Positions 1 to 10,036 of a stretch of 64,000 nt of DNA are shown one piece after another. The position numbers and the translations under genes are program-made. The notes beneath the pieces are model-generated. The model was given only the letters and a program-made list of their open reading frames with translations, had not been told where the DNA came from and did not search any database. The stretch comes from an uncultured Clostridia bacterium (GTDB lineage Bacteria; Bacillota; Clostridia; TANB77; CAG-508): NCBI GenBank assembly GCA_944392665.1, contig CALXXJ010000003.1:3797-67796 (forward strand), given 5' to 3'. Position 1 is the first letter of the stretch. The number at the start of each line of letters is the position of its first letter.

Positions 1-87
1 AATAATATTTAATCTTTTAGTTAATTGTTTCTTTTCTTCTTCATCTCTATATGTTTTCTTCTTAGAAGTACAACAATTCTCTTTCAT
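1..87 (-). CDS. CsoR/RcnR-family metal-sensing repressor, N-terminal part only; the gene runs off the left edge
   Basis: Minus-strand ATG at 85-87 preceded by a GAGGTGAGAAAA RBS. The translation MKENCCTSKKKTYRDEEEKKQLTKRLNII resembles the CsoR N-terminus (the ...L..RL..IEGQ region follows off-window). A CsoR-type operator lies in its promoter. Confidence 0.4.
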   Translation of the reverse strand, partial: MKENCCTSKKKTYRDEEEKKQLTKRLNII

Positions 88-99
88 TTTTCTCACCTC

Positions 100-140
100 T
101 CAAAAAGATTATATACCCCATAGGGGTATGTGTCAAGTCT
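100..140 (-). promoter_or_regulatory. SigA-type promoter (TTGACA, 17 bp spacer, TATAAT) with an embedded GC-rich palindrome ATACCCC-ATA-GGGGTAT, a CsoR-type operator
   Basis: The minus strand reads CTTGACAcatacccctatggggTATATAATc upstream of the RBS. The palindrome resembles the B. subtilis copZA CsoR operator (TACCC..GGGGTA). Confidence 0.4.
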
Positions 141-266
141 ATAAAAATATTTTATCCAATTAAATATGCATTATCAATTTTTCTATGTAACGTTTTTTGT
201 TGAATAGAAAAAAATCACTTTTCCTATTCAACAAAAAAACACTTCCTATAAGAAGTGTTCTTTATC

Positions 267-803
267 TTATTCATCTAAATAATTTTGAATTTTTTTCATA
301 AATATTAATCTTGCAATAATATCTAATACTGCATAAATAACAATCGCAATACCAACAATTCTAATTGCTAAAGTTGAACTTACCAATATGACAATTCCTG
401 CCATAATCATGAATAAAGCACAAAGTACAGTTATTGTCCAAAGTCCAGATTTCACTTCTTTCCATACTAAAGAAGTTTGGAAATTTCTAATTCCTGAAGC
501 AATTATCCAGATTCCTAATGCTACTCTAAAAATTCCTGTAATTACATCTGAACAGCATAGAACAATCACACCCAATACAGTTGCTATTAATGCAAATGTT
601 AATAAGTAATCTTCTTTATCTTTAGATGTGAAATAATCTACCAATTTTAAAAATCCCATGATAAATAAAACCATTCCTAAAAGTATATATATAACAGACA
701 TCATTTCAGAAGGTTTTATAATTAGCAATACTCCTAATATCACAAATAAGATAGATATTATAATATCTGTCCAGCTTGTTCTTTTTAAAAAATTTTCAAA
801 CAT
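267..803 (-). CDS. HdeD/DUF308-family membrane protein
   Basis: 178-aa polytopic membrane protein with a repeated hydrophobic pattern typical of HdeD. A rho-independent terminator (AACACTTC..GAAGTGTT plus T-run) follows at about 225-260. Confidence 0.5.
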   Translation of the reverse strand: MFENFLKRTSWTDIIISILFVILGVLLIIKPSEMMSVIYILLGMVLFIMGFLKLVDYFTSKDKEDYLLTFALIATVLGVIVLCCSDVITGIFRVALGIWIIASGIRNFQTSLVWKEVKSGLWTITVLCALFMIMAGIVILVSSTLAIRIVGIAIVIYAVLDIIARLIFMKKIQNYLDE

Positions 804-906
804 TTATATCTCCCCTCTTTCTTTTGTATTTACCTTAAAATTATATCATAAAAACAGATTTTCATGTTTTTATTTTGCCATTCCTTTTTTTAAAATTTCT
901 ATTTGC

Positions 907-1488
907 TTAGATAATTCTTCTTTTCCGTTCTTCCTTTGATACCTTCTTATGCATGACATCAATAATTTCTGCTCGTAAAATACAAGTTAGTATTCTTAAC
1001 ATATATTCTATATCTTCATTATTTTCAATCGCTAATAGACTTGTATTAATATAGCAATTATTTTTATCCATATCTTTTAAATCTGTAATTTTTTTTAACT
1101 TTATATTTTTATAGATATTCACATTTTCATTGCGTAATTTATTAATAATATTTTGAAATAATTTTACTTCTGCTTCATGATAACTTTTATCTACAAAATA
1201 AGAATATAAATCTAATGTTGTTAAAAATATGTCTCCTTCATTTTGTATTAATAATTTTTTGATTTCTTCTTTTTCATCATTTAAAAAATCTTCTATAATA
1301 TATTTTAAGGCATCTTCTTTATCTTCAAAATATTGATAAAAACTCCCTCTTGGTATGTTAGCTTCTTCTATAATATTACTAATTGATGCTTTTTCAAATG
1401 TATGTTTTGTAAATTCATTTTTTAAAGCTCTTTTTATTTTTTCTCTTTTTTCTTCATTTAGATTATAAAACGTAGATTTTGGCATCAT
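907..1488 (-). CDS. TetR/AcrR-family transcriptional regulator
   Basis: N-terminal HTH ...FTKHTFEKASISNIIEEANIPRGSFYQYFEDKEDAL is a TetR signature. 193 aa. Confidence 0.8.
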   Translation of the reverse strand: MMPKSTFYNLNEEKREKIKRALKNEFTKHTFEKASISNIIEEANIPRGSFYQYFEDKEDALKYIIEDFLNDEKEEIKKLLIQNEGDIFLTTLDLYSYFVDKSYHEAEVKLFQNIINKLRNENVNIYKNIKLKKITDLKDMDKNNCYINTSLLAIENNEDIEYMLRILTCILRAEIIDVMHKKVSKEERKRRII

Positions 1489-1554
1489 ACACCTCCATAT
1501 ACACTATTAGATAACAAAAAATAGTACTTCTATAAAGCACTACTTTCCCCTTCA

Positions 1555-1746
1555 TTATGCATCTTTATTTTCTTTTTTAGCAATTACTTCTTTTCCATCA
1601 TAATATCCGCAGTTTTTGCATACTCTGTGTGGCATTACTGGTTCATGACAATGTGGACAAGTTGTATATGCTGGTTGTTCTTTTTTCCATGTTGATCTTT
1701 TAGCATGTGTTCTTGCTTTAGACCATCTTCTTTTTGGTTGTGCCAT
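1555..1746 (-). CDS. rpmF: 50S ribosomal protein L32
   Basis: MAQPKRRWSKARTHAKRSTW... with a C4 zinc knuckle (CPHC...CKNC). 63 aa. Confidence 0.9.
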   Translation of the reverse strand: MAQPKRRWSKARTHAKRSTWKKEQPAYTTCPHCHEPVMPHRVCKNCGYYDGKEVIAKKENKDA

Positions 1747-1843
1747 CTAAATCCCTCCTTGCTTAAGATATATGTATATATCTATTGTTATTTTTATCGA
1801 TATTTTAGTCACTATAAGATTATACAAGTATTTTCATTTTTTG

Positions 1844-2401
1844 TCAACTGTTGCCACAATATTTTTTATATAATTCTTGAACATTTTTCCTTGTTAATAC
1901 CTTGTCTATCCCTTCTATACTGACTTGTGTAAAAAATTCTGTTAACATATCTTTTAATTTTTCATTGATAAATAATTTTTCTCTTTCCTTTTTCCAATAT
2001 GTTAGAGGATACTCTTTATTCCAATTTTTTCCTTGATAAGTGATTCCTGCTGCCAATTTATCACATATCATTTCTGCTGTATATACATATGGCATAATTG
2101 GTGTCTGTTCTGGTGCATTCCTATCTACCCAATATTCACTATGATGCTTATTTCTTCCTTTATGGTGTAACCATGCTTCAGAATATCCTTTATCTTGTTT
2201 TGTACTGACAATTGGTGAACGATTTCCTTCATAATATCGGACACTTTCTAAAAATTCTGTTGGCGAATATTTGGATAAATCATGTACGAAACCTCTCCAA
2301 TATAATCCGAGTCTACAACATAGTTTAAAAACCAACCATCTATGTTTAGTAATTAATATAAAATGTTTTATTACATTTTTGAATTTTATTTTTCGTTTCA
2401 T
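1844..2401 (-). CDS. hypothetical protein (His/Trp-rich, possibly a DUF5662-like family)
   Basis: 185-aa ORF with RBS context. No confident family assignment from sequence alone. Confidence 0.35.
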   Translation of the reverse strand: MKRKIKFKNVIKHFILITKHRWLVFKLCCRLGLYWRGFVHDLSKYSPTEFLESVRYYEGNRSPIVSTKQDKGYSEAWLHHKGRNKHHSEYWVDRNAPEQTPIMPYVYTAEMICDKLAAGITYQGKNWNKEYPLTYWKKEREKLFINEKLKDMLTEFFTQVSIEGIDKVLTRKNVQELYKKYCGNS

Positions 2402-2561
2402 TTTTATACTCAGTCCTTTCTTAGTAGTAAAATCCTTCTATTTTTCTTTCTGAATATAGCAATTAACTTTTCTTTGTTAAGTCTACTATACTTTTTTTCT
2501 AAAATCAATAAATTTTATTTCTTTTTTTGCATATGATATATAGATTGGAGGTATAAAATAC

Positions 2562-4412
2562 ATGTGTGGTTTTGCTGGATTTGTGAATATAAAAGAAAAA
2601 TTAGATCAAGATTCTAAAATAATTTTAGAGAATATGAATGGTACATTATCAAAAAGAGGTCCTGATGAGGATGGATATTTTGTTTCAGATAATGCCTATT
2701 TAGCACATAAACGATTAATTGTGATTGATCCTAATGGTGGTAAACAACCAATGATAGAACATACATCATATGGAGATTATATTATTTGTTATAATGGGCA
2801 GATATATAACACAAAAGAACTTAGAGATATCTTAATCCAAAATGGGTTTACTTTTAAAGGACATTGTGATACAGAAGTCATCTTAAAAGGATATATTCAT
2901 TTTGGAAAAGAAATTGTCCATCATCTAAATGGTATCTTTGCTTTTGCCATTTGGAATACCAAAGATAAGGAATTATTTATGGCAAGAGATCATTTTGGTG
3001 TAAAACCATTATTTTATTCTGTCCTTCATAATACCCTAGTATTTGGTTCAGAAATAAAAGCGATATTTCAATATCCTGGAATTGAAAAAATTTTAGATAG
3101 CCAAGGTATATCCGAATTATTGGGAATTGGTCCTAGTCATACACCTGGTACAACAATTTTTAAGAATATCTATGAATTAAAGCCTGCTCATTTTGCTGTA
3201 TTTAATGAATATGGATTAAAGATAAAACGATATTGGAAGTTACATTCGGAAGAACATACAGATAATTTAGCACAAACTTGTCATCATGTTCGTTATTTGT
3301 TAAAAGATGCAATCGAACGACAATTGGTTTCAGATGTTCCTTTGTGTACTTTCTTATCTGGTGGTTTAGATTCTAGTATCATCACAAAATTTGCTGCTGA
3401 TTTTTACGAAAAAGAAAAATTACCACCTTTAGATACCTATTCCATTGATTATGTAGATAATGATAAAAATTTTGTTAAAAGTGATTTTCAGCCAAATTCA
3501 GATAATTATTATATAAATTTAATGTGTAAAAATTTGCATACCAAACATCATAATGTTGTAATTGACACCCCAGAACTTGCCTCTTATTTATATGATAGTA
3601 TGATTGCAAGAGATATGCCTGGTATGGCTGACATTGATTCTTCTTTATTGTTGTTCTGCAAACATGTAAAACCAGAGCAAACGGTTGCTCTAACAGGTGA
3701 ATGTGCTGATGAAATCTTTGGAGGTTACCCATGGTTTTTTAGAGAAGATGCTTTAAATAGTGGTACATTTCCTTGGTCAATTGCCATCAACGAAAGGCAA
3801 ACCTTATTACATTCTGATTTAAGTAAAAAAGTACATTTAAGAGAATATATTGATTATCGTTATAACGAAAGTTTAGAAGAGGTTGAAATATTAGATACAG
3901 ATTCTAAGGAAACTGCTGAAAAACGAAAAATTTCTTATTTAACTTTAAATTGGTTTATGCAAACATTGTTAGATCGTTCTGATAGAATGGCTATGTATAA
4001 TGGATTTGAACTTCGTGTTCCTTTCTGTGATTACAGATTAGCACAATATGTATGGAATATTCCTTGGGAAATGAAGGCTTTAAATGGTAGAGAAAAAGGA
4101 TTACTTCGTTATATTTGTAAAGATTTTTTACCTGCTGAAATTGTGGATAGAAAAAAATCACCATATCCTAAAACACATAATCCTACGTATTTAACTAAAG
4201 TAAAAGATATGTTGACAAATATTATGCAAAATCCAAATGCATCGATTAATGATTTATTAAATAGAAAATATATTTTAGAAATCTTAGATACAAATGGTTC
4301 TAGTTTTTCTAGACCTTGGTTTGGTCAATTGATGACTGGACCTCAGCTTATGGCATATCTTTGTCAAGTGAATATGTGGCTTGAGAGATATCAGCCTAAG
4401 ATTGAAATATAA
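2562..4412 (+). CDS. asnB: asparagine synthase (glutamine-hydrolysing)
   Basis: Starts MCGFAGFV (class II glutamine amidotransferase Cys2), has the SGGLDSS PP-loop, and is 616 aa. Confidence 0.9.
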   Translation: MCGFAGFVNIKEKLDQDSKIILENMNGTLSKRGPDEDGYFVSDNAYLAHKRLIVIDPNGGKQPMIEHTSYGDYIICYNGQIYNTKELRDILIQNGFTFKGHCDTEVILKGYIHFGKEIVHHLNGIFAFAIWNTKDKELFMARDHFGVKPLFYSVLHNTLVFGSEIKAIFQYPGIEKILDSQGISELLGIGPSHTPGTTIFKNIYELKPAHFAVFNEYGLKIKRYWKLHSEEHTDNLAQTCHHVRYLLKDAIERQLVSDVPLCTFLSGGLDSSIITKFAADFYEKEKLPPLDTYSIDYVDNDKNFVKSDFQPNSDNYYINLMCKNLHTKHHNVVIDTPELASYLYDSMIARDMPGMADIDSSLLLFCKHVKPEQTVALTGECADEIFGGYPWFFREDALNSGTFPWSIAINERQTLLHSDLSKKVHLREYIDYRYNESLEEVEILDTDSKETAEKRKISYLTLNWFMQTLLDRSDRMAMYNGFELRVPFCDYRLAQYVWNIPWEMKALNGREKGLLRYICKDFLPAEIVDRKKSPYPKTHNPTYLTKVKDMLTNIMQNPNASINDLLNRKYILEILDTNGSSFSRPWFGQLMTGPQLMAYLCQVNMWLERYQPKIEI

Positions 4413-4418
4413 TTTTTA

Positions 4419-4449
4419 ACTTGAGGTCGTAATTTGCACCCTCAAGTTT
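4419..4449. terminator. bidirectional hairpin (AACTTGAGG-N13-CCTCAAGTT) between convergent asnB and the dinD-like gene
   Basis: A 9-bp stem seen directly in the sequence. It is 87% identical to an intragenic palindrome at 5965-5997. Confidence 0.4.
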
Positions 4450-5156
4450 TACAATTCTTTATAATCTTCTTTTGGCAATTTATTACTATCAGCTATTTTC
4501 TTACTTTCTGACTTAACTCTTCTCTCTAATTTCTTTAAATCTTCTGCTGGTTTTAAATTTTCTGGTTTAATTCCTCTTTTATTTAACATATTTCTTACAC
4601 TTAAGTTATTATCTACATGCTCATCAGTTATACTTTCTTCACCATACATATCTTTTTCAGTCACATTGTAATTTGTCATTTCTGTTGCTAGATTTTTTGC
4701 TGCAATTGTTAATGTTGGTAAAAAATCTGCAAGAGGTCTATTTTCTTTTACTCCGTATTTTGCTTTCATCTGCATTGTATTTAATCCACCAAATAATGCT
4801 GAATCACCTTTTGAACGTATTCTTGCAAAACCTAAATCATCCACTCCTCTTTCATAAATATTTTTAGATAACTGCTGTTCAGATTCTTTTAGTTTTTCTC
4901 TTGCTTCTAATCGGTTCATTAGTCTTATCCTGTCTTCAATTATTTCTTGTTTTCTAGTTTGTACTGCAAAATATGTTTGAGCAAATGCAATTTCTTCTTT
5001 TTTAGAGTCTCCATTTTGAGCTATTAAATAACAAGCATATCTTGTTAACATATAGTCTTCAACTTGTCTTTTAGCACCTTTTCCTAAATCTATCATTTTG
5101 CTGACCTTAGCAAAATGATCACTTACACTTATACCAGCACTTTCACAAGATATCAT
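4449..5156 (-). pseudogene. dinD: DNA-damage-inducible protein D (DinD)-like gene, 5'-truncated and frameshifted in an A-run
   Basis: The translation aligns with E. coli DinD from about residue 46 (..[37 protein letters not shown].. versus ..HFVDVNKMVQIGSGAQRKVKDVHLSRYACYLVVQNGD..). An upstream short [11 protein letters not shown] joins in-frame if the poly-A tract (plus-strand T-run at 5164-5169) is one base longer. The first roughly 35 aa of the Bro-N domain are absent. Confidence 0.55.
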
Positions 5157-5281
5157 AGCTTTGTTTTTTCAAATTCCATAAATATCCCTTCCTCAATCCT
5201 TAAATATAATATATCCTATTATTATAAGCAATTTTTTCCTATGACTTTTAAATTGTAATTGCAAGTTTTTCTGAGGACTTT

Positions 5282-6256
5282 TCAACTGTAATTGCTTATT
5301 TTCTTTATATATTCATTATCTTCTATTCTTGAAATTGCAAAACATTTTTTACCCAAATCTTTTAAAGAAGCTCCTATATGATACAATTCTTTATTATCTA
5401 TTACGATAAATCTATCATGAAATTTATTGGTATATGCTAATTTTAACACTGGATACTGCTTATTAAATTTTTGAATATCTAATTTTCTTATATTGCTATT
5501 TTGTGTTGTTAATATTACTACTTCTACTTCTTTATTTTTCTTTGATAACATTTTCAAAATACTATCATCTATGTAATTATCTATAATTAAGATTTTTTGT
5601 TTTGCTTTCTTTATAATATCTATAATTAAACTATATGCGTCATAAATTTGTTCATCGAAAAATATGCTTTGTTTTAATTCTATTTTTTCATTTTTTTGAA
5701 GTTCATCAAAAACTTTTTCAAACTTTTTTTCATGCTCTGTTAACATTTTGTTTTGTTCCAATATTTTATATTCTACGTTTGTTAGTCTTTCAAATACTTG
5801 TCCATTTCTTGCAATAAATTTTCGCATTTCAACAAAGGCATTCATAATACTAATACTTACTTGTATTGCTACTTGATTTCTTAGCAATCCTGAAAGCATT
5901 GCAATTCCCTGTTCTGTAAATACATATGGTAATGTTCTTCTGCCTCCATAGTTTTCTTTTTCCAAACTTGAGGTTGCAAATTGCAACCTCAAGTTTTCTG
6001 TCTCATTCTCTGTTAATTGAAAGCAAAAATTTTCTGGAAATCTTTCTTTATTCCTTCTTACAGCTAAATTAATATATTTTGTTTCATAATGATATAACAT
6101 AGCTACATCACTATCTAACATTACTTGTTTTCCTCTAATTGTATAAATTAAATTTTTTATGTTTTCTGTTTCAGATTTTGTTGTATTTAAATTTTCATCT
6201 ATTGGTACCATATTATTTTCTTCATTCATAATTACCACATCCTTCATTTGTTGCAT
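5282..6256 (-). CDS. ORF6N/KilA-N domain protein (RhuM-like)
   Basis: The N-terminal IRGKQVMLDSDVAMLYHYETKYINLAVRRNKERFPENFCFQLT is the ORF6N DNA-binding domain signature. 324 aa. Confidence 0.6.
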   Translation of the reverse strand: MQQMKDVVIMNEENNMVPIDENLNTTKSETENIKNLIYTIRGKQVMLDSDVAMLYHYETKYINLAVRRNKERFPENFCFQLTENETENLRLQFATSSLEKENYGGRRTLPYVFTEQGIAMLSGLLRNQVAIQVSISIMNAFVEMRKFIARNGQVFERLTNVEYKILEQNKMLTEHEKKFEKVFDELQKNEKIELKQSIFFDEQIYDAYSLIIDIIKKAKQKILIIDNYIDDSILKMLSKKNKEVEVVILTTQNSNIRKLDIQKFNKQYPVLKLAYTNKFHDRFIVIDNKELYHIGASLKDLGKKCFAISRIEDNEYIKKISNYS

Positions 6257-6427
6257 GTATTATAGAACATATGTTCTTGAATATCAAGTGGTTTTTTCCA
6301 AAATTACATCTTTGTTATTTGTTCATACTTTGATCAATTTTTAGTCATGTATGCACTTAGAATTAAGTTATAAATTGTAAAATCACTGGGTTCTATTATT
6401 TTGCTAACTTCAGCAAAATGATTTCAC

Positions 6428-8668
6428 TTAATTATCTACAAATTCAAATCTATCCTCTAAAACATTTACAGAATCTCCTCCCACAAAAGCTTTAAACTCT
6501 CCACTTTCTGCTACCAATTCTAGTTTTTCATTCCAGAATTTTAACATATGCATATCAATATTAAAATGTATATATTTTATTTCATGTGGCTTAAAATATT
6601 CTTTTTTAAATGCTTTTAATTCTTTTACTGGTCTTACCACACTTCCATATAAATCTTGTATATATAACTGTATCACTTCATATCCTGCATAATCACTTTG
6701 ATTTTCTATCTTTATAGTTACAGTAATCGTTTCGTTTTTATTCATTTTATGGTTGTTTAAATATAACTCTGTATATTTAAAATCACAATATGACAAACCA
6801 TATCCAAATGGGTAAAAACTTTCTGTTGGAATATCTTGATATCTGGATAGATATCGAAGATTATCATGGTGTGGCCTACCAGTATTGTAATGATTATAAT
6901 ATACTGGGCATTGTCCTACATTCTGAGGAAAGCTCATAGTTAATTTTCCTGATGGATTTTCTTCTCCTAATATCATTTCTGTAATGGCTTTTGCTCCTGT
7001 TGTTCCTGGAAACCATACTTCTAAAATGGCATCTAATTTTGGTTCTATCGTATTAAGTTCAATTGGCCTACCATTAAATAGAATTAATATCATTGGCTTT
7101 GATAATGTATATAATTCATTAATTAATTGTATTTGATTTTCTGGTAAAGCAATATTAGAACGTGAACATGCTTCTCCACTTTGTTTATAATGCTCTCCTA
7201 GTGCCAAAAGAATGACATCTGCCTTTTTTGCAGTTTGCATGGCTGAAGCAATCATGTCTTGTTCTTTTTGTCTTTCATTTTCTACATGCACGATAGGTGA
7301 TCCATCTGCTGATAGTATTTTATTAATTTCTTCTTGTCGTAAAATTTCACACCCTTTTGCATATATCACTTGATTTCCCATTTTTTCTTTAAATATGTCC
7401 AAGATGGTACCATTTTTGGTTCTATCAGAAAACATAGACCATGATCCAGTGATTCCAATATTATCTATATATGGTCCAATTAAAGCAATCTTTTTACTTT
7501 TTTGTAATGGTAATACATGGTTCTTATTTTTCAATAATACAAATGTTTCTTGTGTTAATTTTTTTGCTTTTTCTAAATTTATTGGATTCATTATATATGT
7601 CTTTTCTTTTTCTTCATTTGTATTTCCATATGGATTTTCAAATAATCCTAATTTATTTTTTAAGGTTAATATTCTTAAAACACTTTCATTTACTTTGTTT
7701 TCTATTTCTTGATTTTGTAAACACAAGTCTTTTAAATGATTTGCATATATACCAGACATCATATCAATATCAATTCCTGCAGTGATGGCATTTTTTGCTG
7801 CTTCTGTTTCATTTGCAGAATACCCATGTGTTATAGTTTCTTCAACAGCCCCATAGTCTGAAATGACAATTCCTTTAAATCCTAATTCTTTTCTGATTAC
7901 CTCTTGAATTAGCCATTTATTTACTGTAGAAGGAATTCCATTTAATATATTAAATGATGTCATTAACATTTCTGCTCCTGCTTCTATTGCTGCTTTATAT
8001 GCTGGTAAATAATATTGTCTAAATTCTCTTTCTGACATGTCTACTGTGTTGTAGTCTCTTCCAGCTTCTACTGCTCCATATGCTGCTATATGTTTTACAC
8101 AAGATGCCATTTTTCCTACCTCAAAAAGATTTTTTCCTTGATATGCTTTCACCATTGTTCTCGCATAAATTTCTCCTAGAAGAGGATCTTCTCCTCCTAT
8201 GGATTCCATGACTCTTCCCCATCTAGCATCTCTTGATAAGTCTACCATTGGTGAAAAATTAACATTAGCACCTGCTATGCTAGATTCCATGCTAGATATT
8301 TCTGTCATCTCTTTTATCGCTTTCGTATTCCATGAACAGCCTTGTGCAATTGGTATGGGAAATGCAATCTTATATCCATTAATAATATCATCCATAAATA
8401 GAAGAGGTATTTTTAATCTGCTTTTAGATAAATATTCATCTTGTACCTTTTTTACTTTTTCTGCTCCTATAATATTTAAAACAGAACCTACATGATATAT
8501 TTTTTCCTTAGATAGATGTAAATTCTTTAATGGGCCTGTTAATACACTGTTTGTATCTTCTGATAAGAATACATCTCCTGTAATTTGTACCATTTGACCT
8601 ATTTTTTCTTCTATTGTCATTTTGTTTAATAATTCTAGTATTTCCTTATGTTTCATAGGCACCTCCAT
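6428..8668 (-). CDS. glycoside hydrolase family 3 beta-glucosidase (BglX-like)
   Basis: 746 aa with the GH3 N-terminal domain (..KIGQMVQ..), a catalytic SDYGAV region and a C-terminal FnIII-like domain. Confidence 0.85.
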   Translation of the reverse strand: MEVPMKHKEILELLNKMTIEEKIGQMVQITGDVFLSEDTNSVLTGPLKNLHLSKEKIYHVGSVLNIIGAEKVKKVQDEYLSKSRLKIPLLFMDDIINGYKIAFPIPIAQGCSWNTKAIKEMTEISSMESSIAGANVNFSPMVDLSRDARWGRVMESIGGEDPLLGEIYARTMVKAYQGKNLFEVGKMASCVKHIAAYGAVEAGRDYNTVDMSEREFRQYYLPAYKAAIEAGAEMLMTSFNILNGIPSTVNKWLIQEVIRKELGFKGIVISDYGAVEETITHGYSANETEAAKNAITAGIDIDMMSGIYANHLKDLCLQNQEIENKVNESVLRILTLKNKLGLFENPYGNTNEEKEKTYIMNPINLEKAKKLTQETFVLLKNKNHVLPLQKSKKIALIGPYIDNIGITGSWSMFSDRTKNGTILDIFKEKMGNQVIYAKGCEILRQEEINKILSADGSPIVHVENERQKEQDMIASAMQTAKKADVILLALGEHYKQSGEACSRSNIALPENQIQLINELYTLSKPMILILFNGRPIELNTIEPKLDAILEVWFPGTTGAKAITEMILGEENPSGKLTMSFPQNVGQCPVYYNHYNTGRPHHDNLRYLSRYQDIPTESFYPFGYGLSYCDFKYTELYLNNHKMNKNETITVTIKIENQSDYAGYEVIQLYIQDLYGSVVRPVKELKAFKKEYFKPHEIKYIHFNIDMHMLKFWNEKLELVAESGEFKAFVGGDSVNVLEDRFEFVDN

Positions 8669-9910
8669 TCAAGCAATTTGACTCTCTATATAGGATTTCT
8701 TTTTAATATTTAAGATTTCTAATCCTTTTTGTATATATTCATTTTTCATAAAATGCTTCCATAGTAATTGAGATAAATAGTTTTCTATCATCATCATAGA
8801 TATGCCTTTATCTATTCCAATCACTTCTTTTGAATACCATTCTCCATTTTCTAAATTATATCCATCGATAAAACCATATTTTCCCCATAATTTGGGATAA
8901 TGGTTGTAATAATTTTCTAATGCCTTTATACTTAATTCTGGTGTAAATACAATTGAACCTGCTGCACTACAAGGACTAACTGTTCCATCATTTTGTTTAT
9001 CCACATCTGCTAAAGCTGGCATTGCTCCATATTCTCCAGAATATCCCTTAGGTCCTAAACATGGTGTCAGTCCCCATGAATCTTCACCAAATGTTTTAAA
9101 TCTATCTTTATTTTTAATGCAATATGTCCTATTTGCTATGGTTGCTTTTTTTGAGTTTTCAAACCAGTCAATTCCATTTTCATCTTTTCTATCTCTAAAA
9201 TCTATCCATGCATGAGAAAATTGGTAAGTAAATAATGTTCCACAATATGTATAAATAATATCTTTTATTCCTTCATATGTGCATTTTTCTTTTTTTATAT
9301 CATCATACATTGTTTTTTGAATTGGATATGTTGGAGAAGCTACACCTAAAACATATAGCATCAGCTGCTCAGCATACATATCCCAATGTCCCCAAAATCC
9401 CATTTCTGGTTTATATCCCATATAAAAATAATTACTTTCTTTATTTCGATACCATTCCCAATCCACTCTTTTATATAGTTCTTCTGCTTTTTGTTTTACT
9501 TGTCCTTGAAAATATTCGCCGACTAATATGGCTCCACATATAAAAATAGCTGTGTCAATGATTGATATTTCACAATTCCATTCTCTCTTTCCTGTATGTA
9601 TATTTACAAAATGATAATAAAATCCGTTTTTTCCTTCTACATAGTTTAAAAAAGTATCTAGAGTTTTACTTGCTCTTTTATAAGCTTCTGGATAAGCAAT
9701 CCAGTTTCTATTAGCTCCAATCACTAAAGCTGCTAACCCATATCCAACAGATGCAATACTTGCAATTTCATCTGCATACATGTCCTTATCTTTTATTAAT
9801 CCATATCCTCTACTTTTTGAGTCTACATTTGCTTCTTTTATGAAGAAATGATAACTTGCTTTCAACTCTTTTAATAATAATGTGTCTCCATATTTCTTTA
9901 GTAATCTCAT
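8669..9910 (-). CDS. six-hairpin glycosidase-like protein (putative glucoamylase/GH144-like, possibly a beta-1,2-glucanase)
   Basis: 413 aa, adjacent to and co-oriented with GH3. Trp/Tyr-rich, with the character of an (alpha/alpha)6 barrel. The family call is from memory only. Confidence 0.4.
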   Translation of the reverse strand: MRLLKKYGDTLLLKELKASYHFFIKEANVDSKSRGYGLIKDKDMYADEIASIASVGYGLAALVIGANRNWIAYPEAYKRASKTLDTFLNYVEGKNGFYYHFVNIHTGKREWNCEISIIDTAIFICGAILVGEYFQGQVKQKAEELYKRVDWEWYRNKESNYFYMGYKPEMGFWGHWDMYAEQLMLYVLGVASPTYPIQKTMYDDIKKEKCTYEGIKDIIYTYCGTLFTYQFSHAWIDFRDRKDENGIDWFENSKKATIANRTYCIKNKDRFKTFGEDSWGLTPCLGPKGYSGEYGAMPALADVDKQNDGTVSPCSAAGSIVFTPELSIKALENYYNHYPKLWGKYGFIDGYNLENGEWYSKEVIGIDKGISMMMIENYLSQLLWKHFMKNEYIQKGLEILNIKKKSYIESQIA

Positions 9911-10036
9911 ATATATTTTTCACCTCTAATATTATCTTAGCATGTCTTTTTGCTTTTTCCTATGGGAATTTTTGGCGAACTTTAGACCAATATTTTAGAG
10001 GCCACAAACTGTGACCTCTATACATTTTTTCTATTA

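Noticed and set aside
3475-3732. Antisense 85-aa ORF inside asnB (and similar ones at 7395..7785, 8199..8495, 10524..10856, 15391..15618, 27103..27708, 36343..36693, 39473..39742, 53040..53408, 58084..58573 and others)
   Set aside because: They are entirely embedded in, and antisense to or out of frame with, well-supported genes. Their low-complexity translations are typical of AT-rich DNA.
9997-10019. Hairpin AGAGGCCAC-aaactgt-GTGACCTCT downstream of dxr
   Set aside because: The T-run lies on the plus strand, where no gene needs terminating, and the minus-strand transcript lacks a U-tract. It was noted but not called as a terminator.
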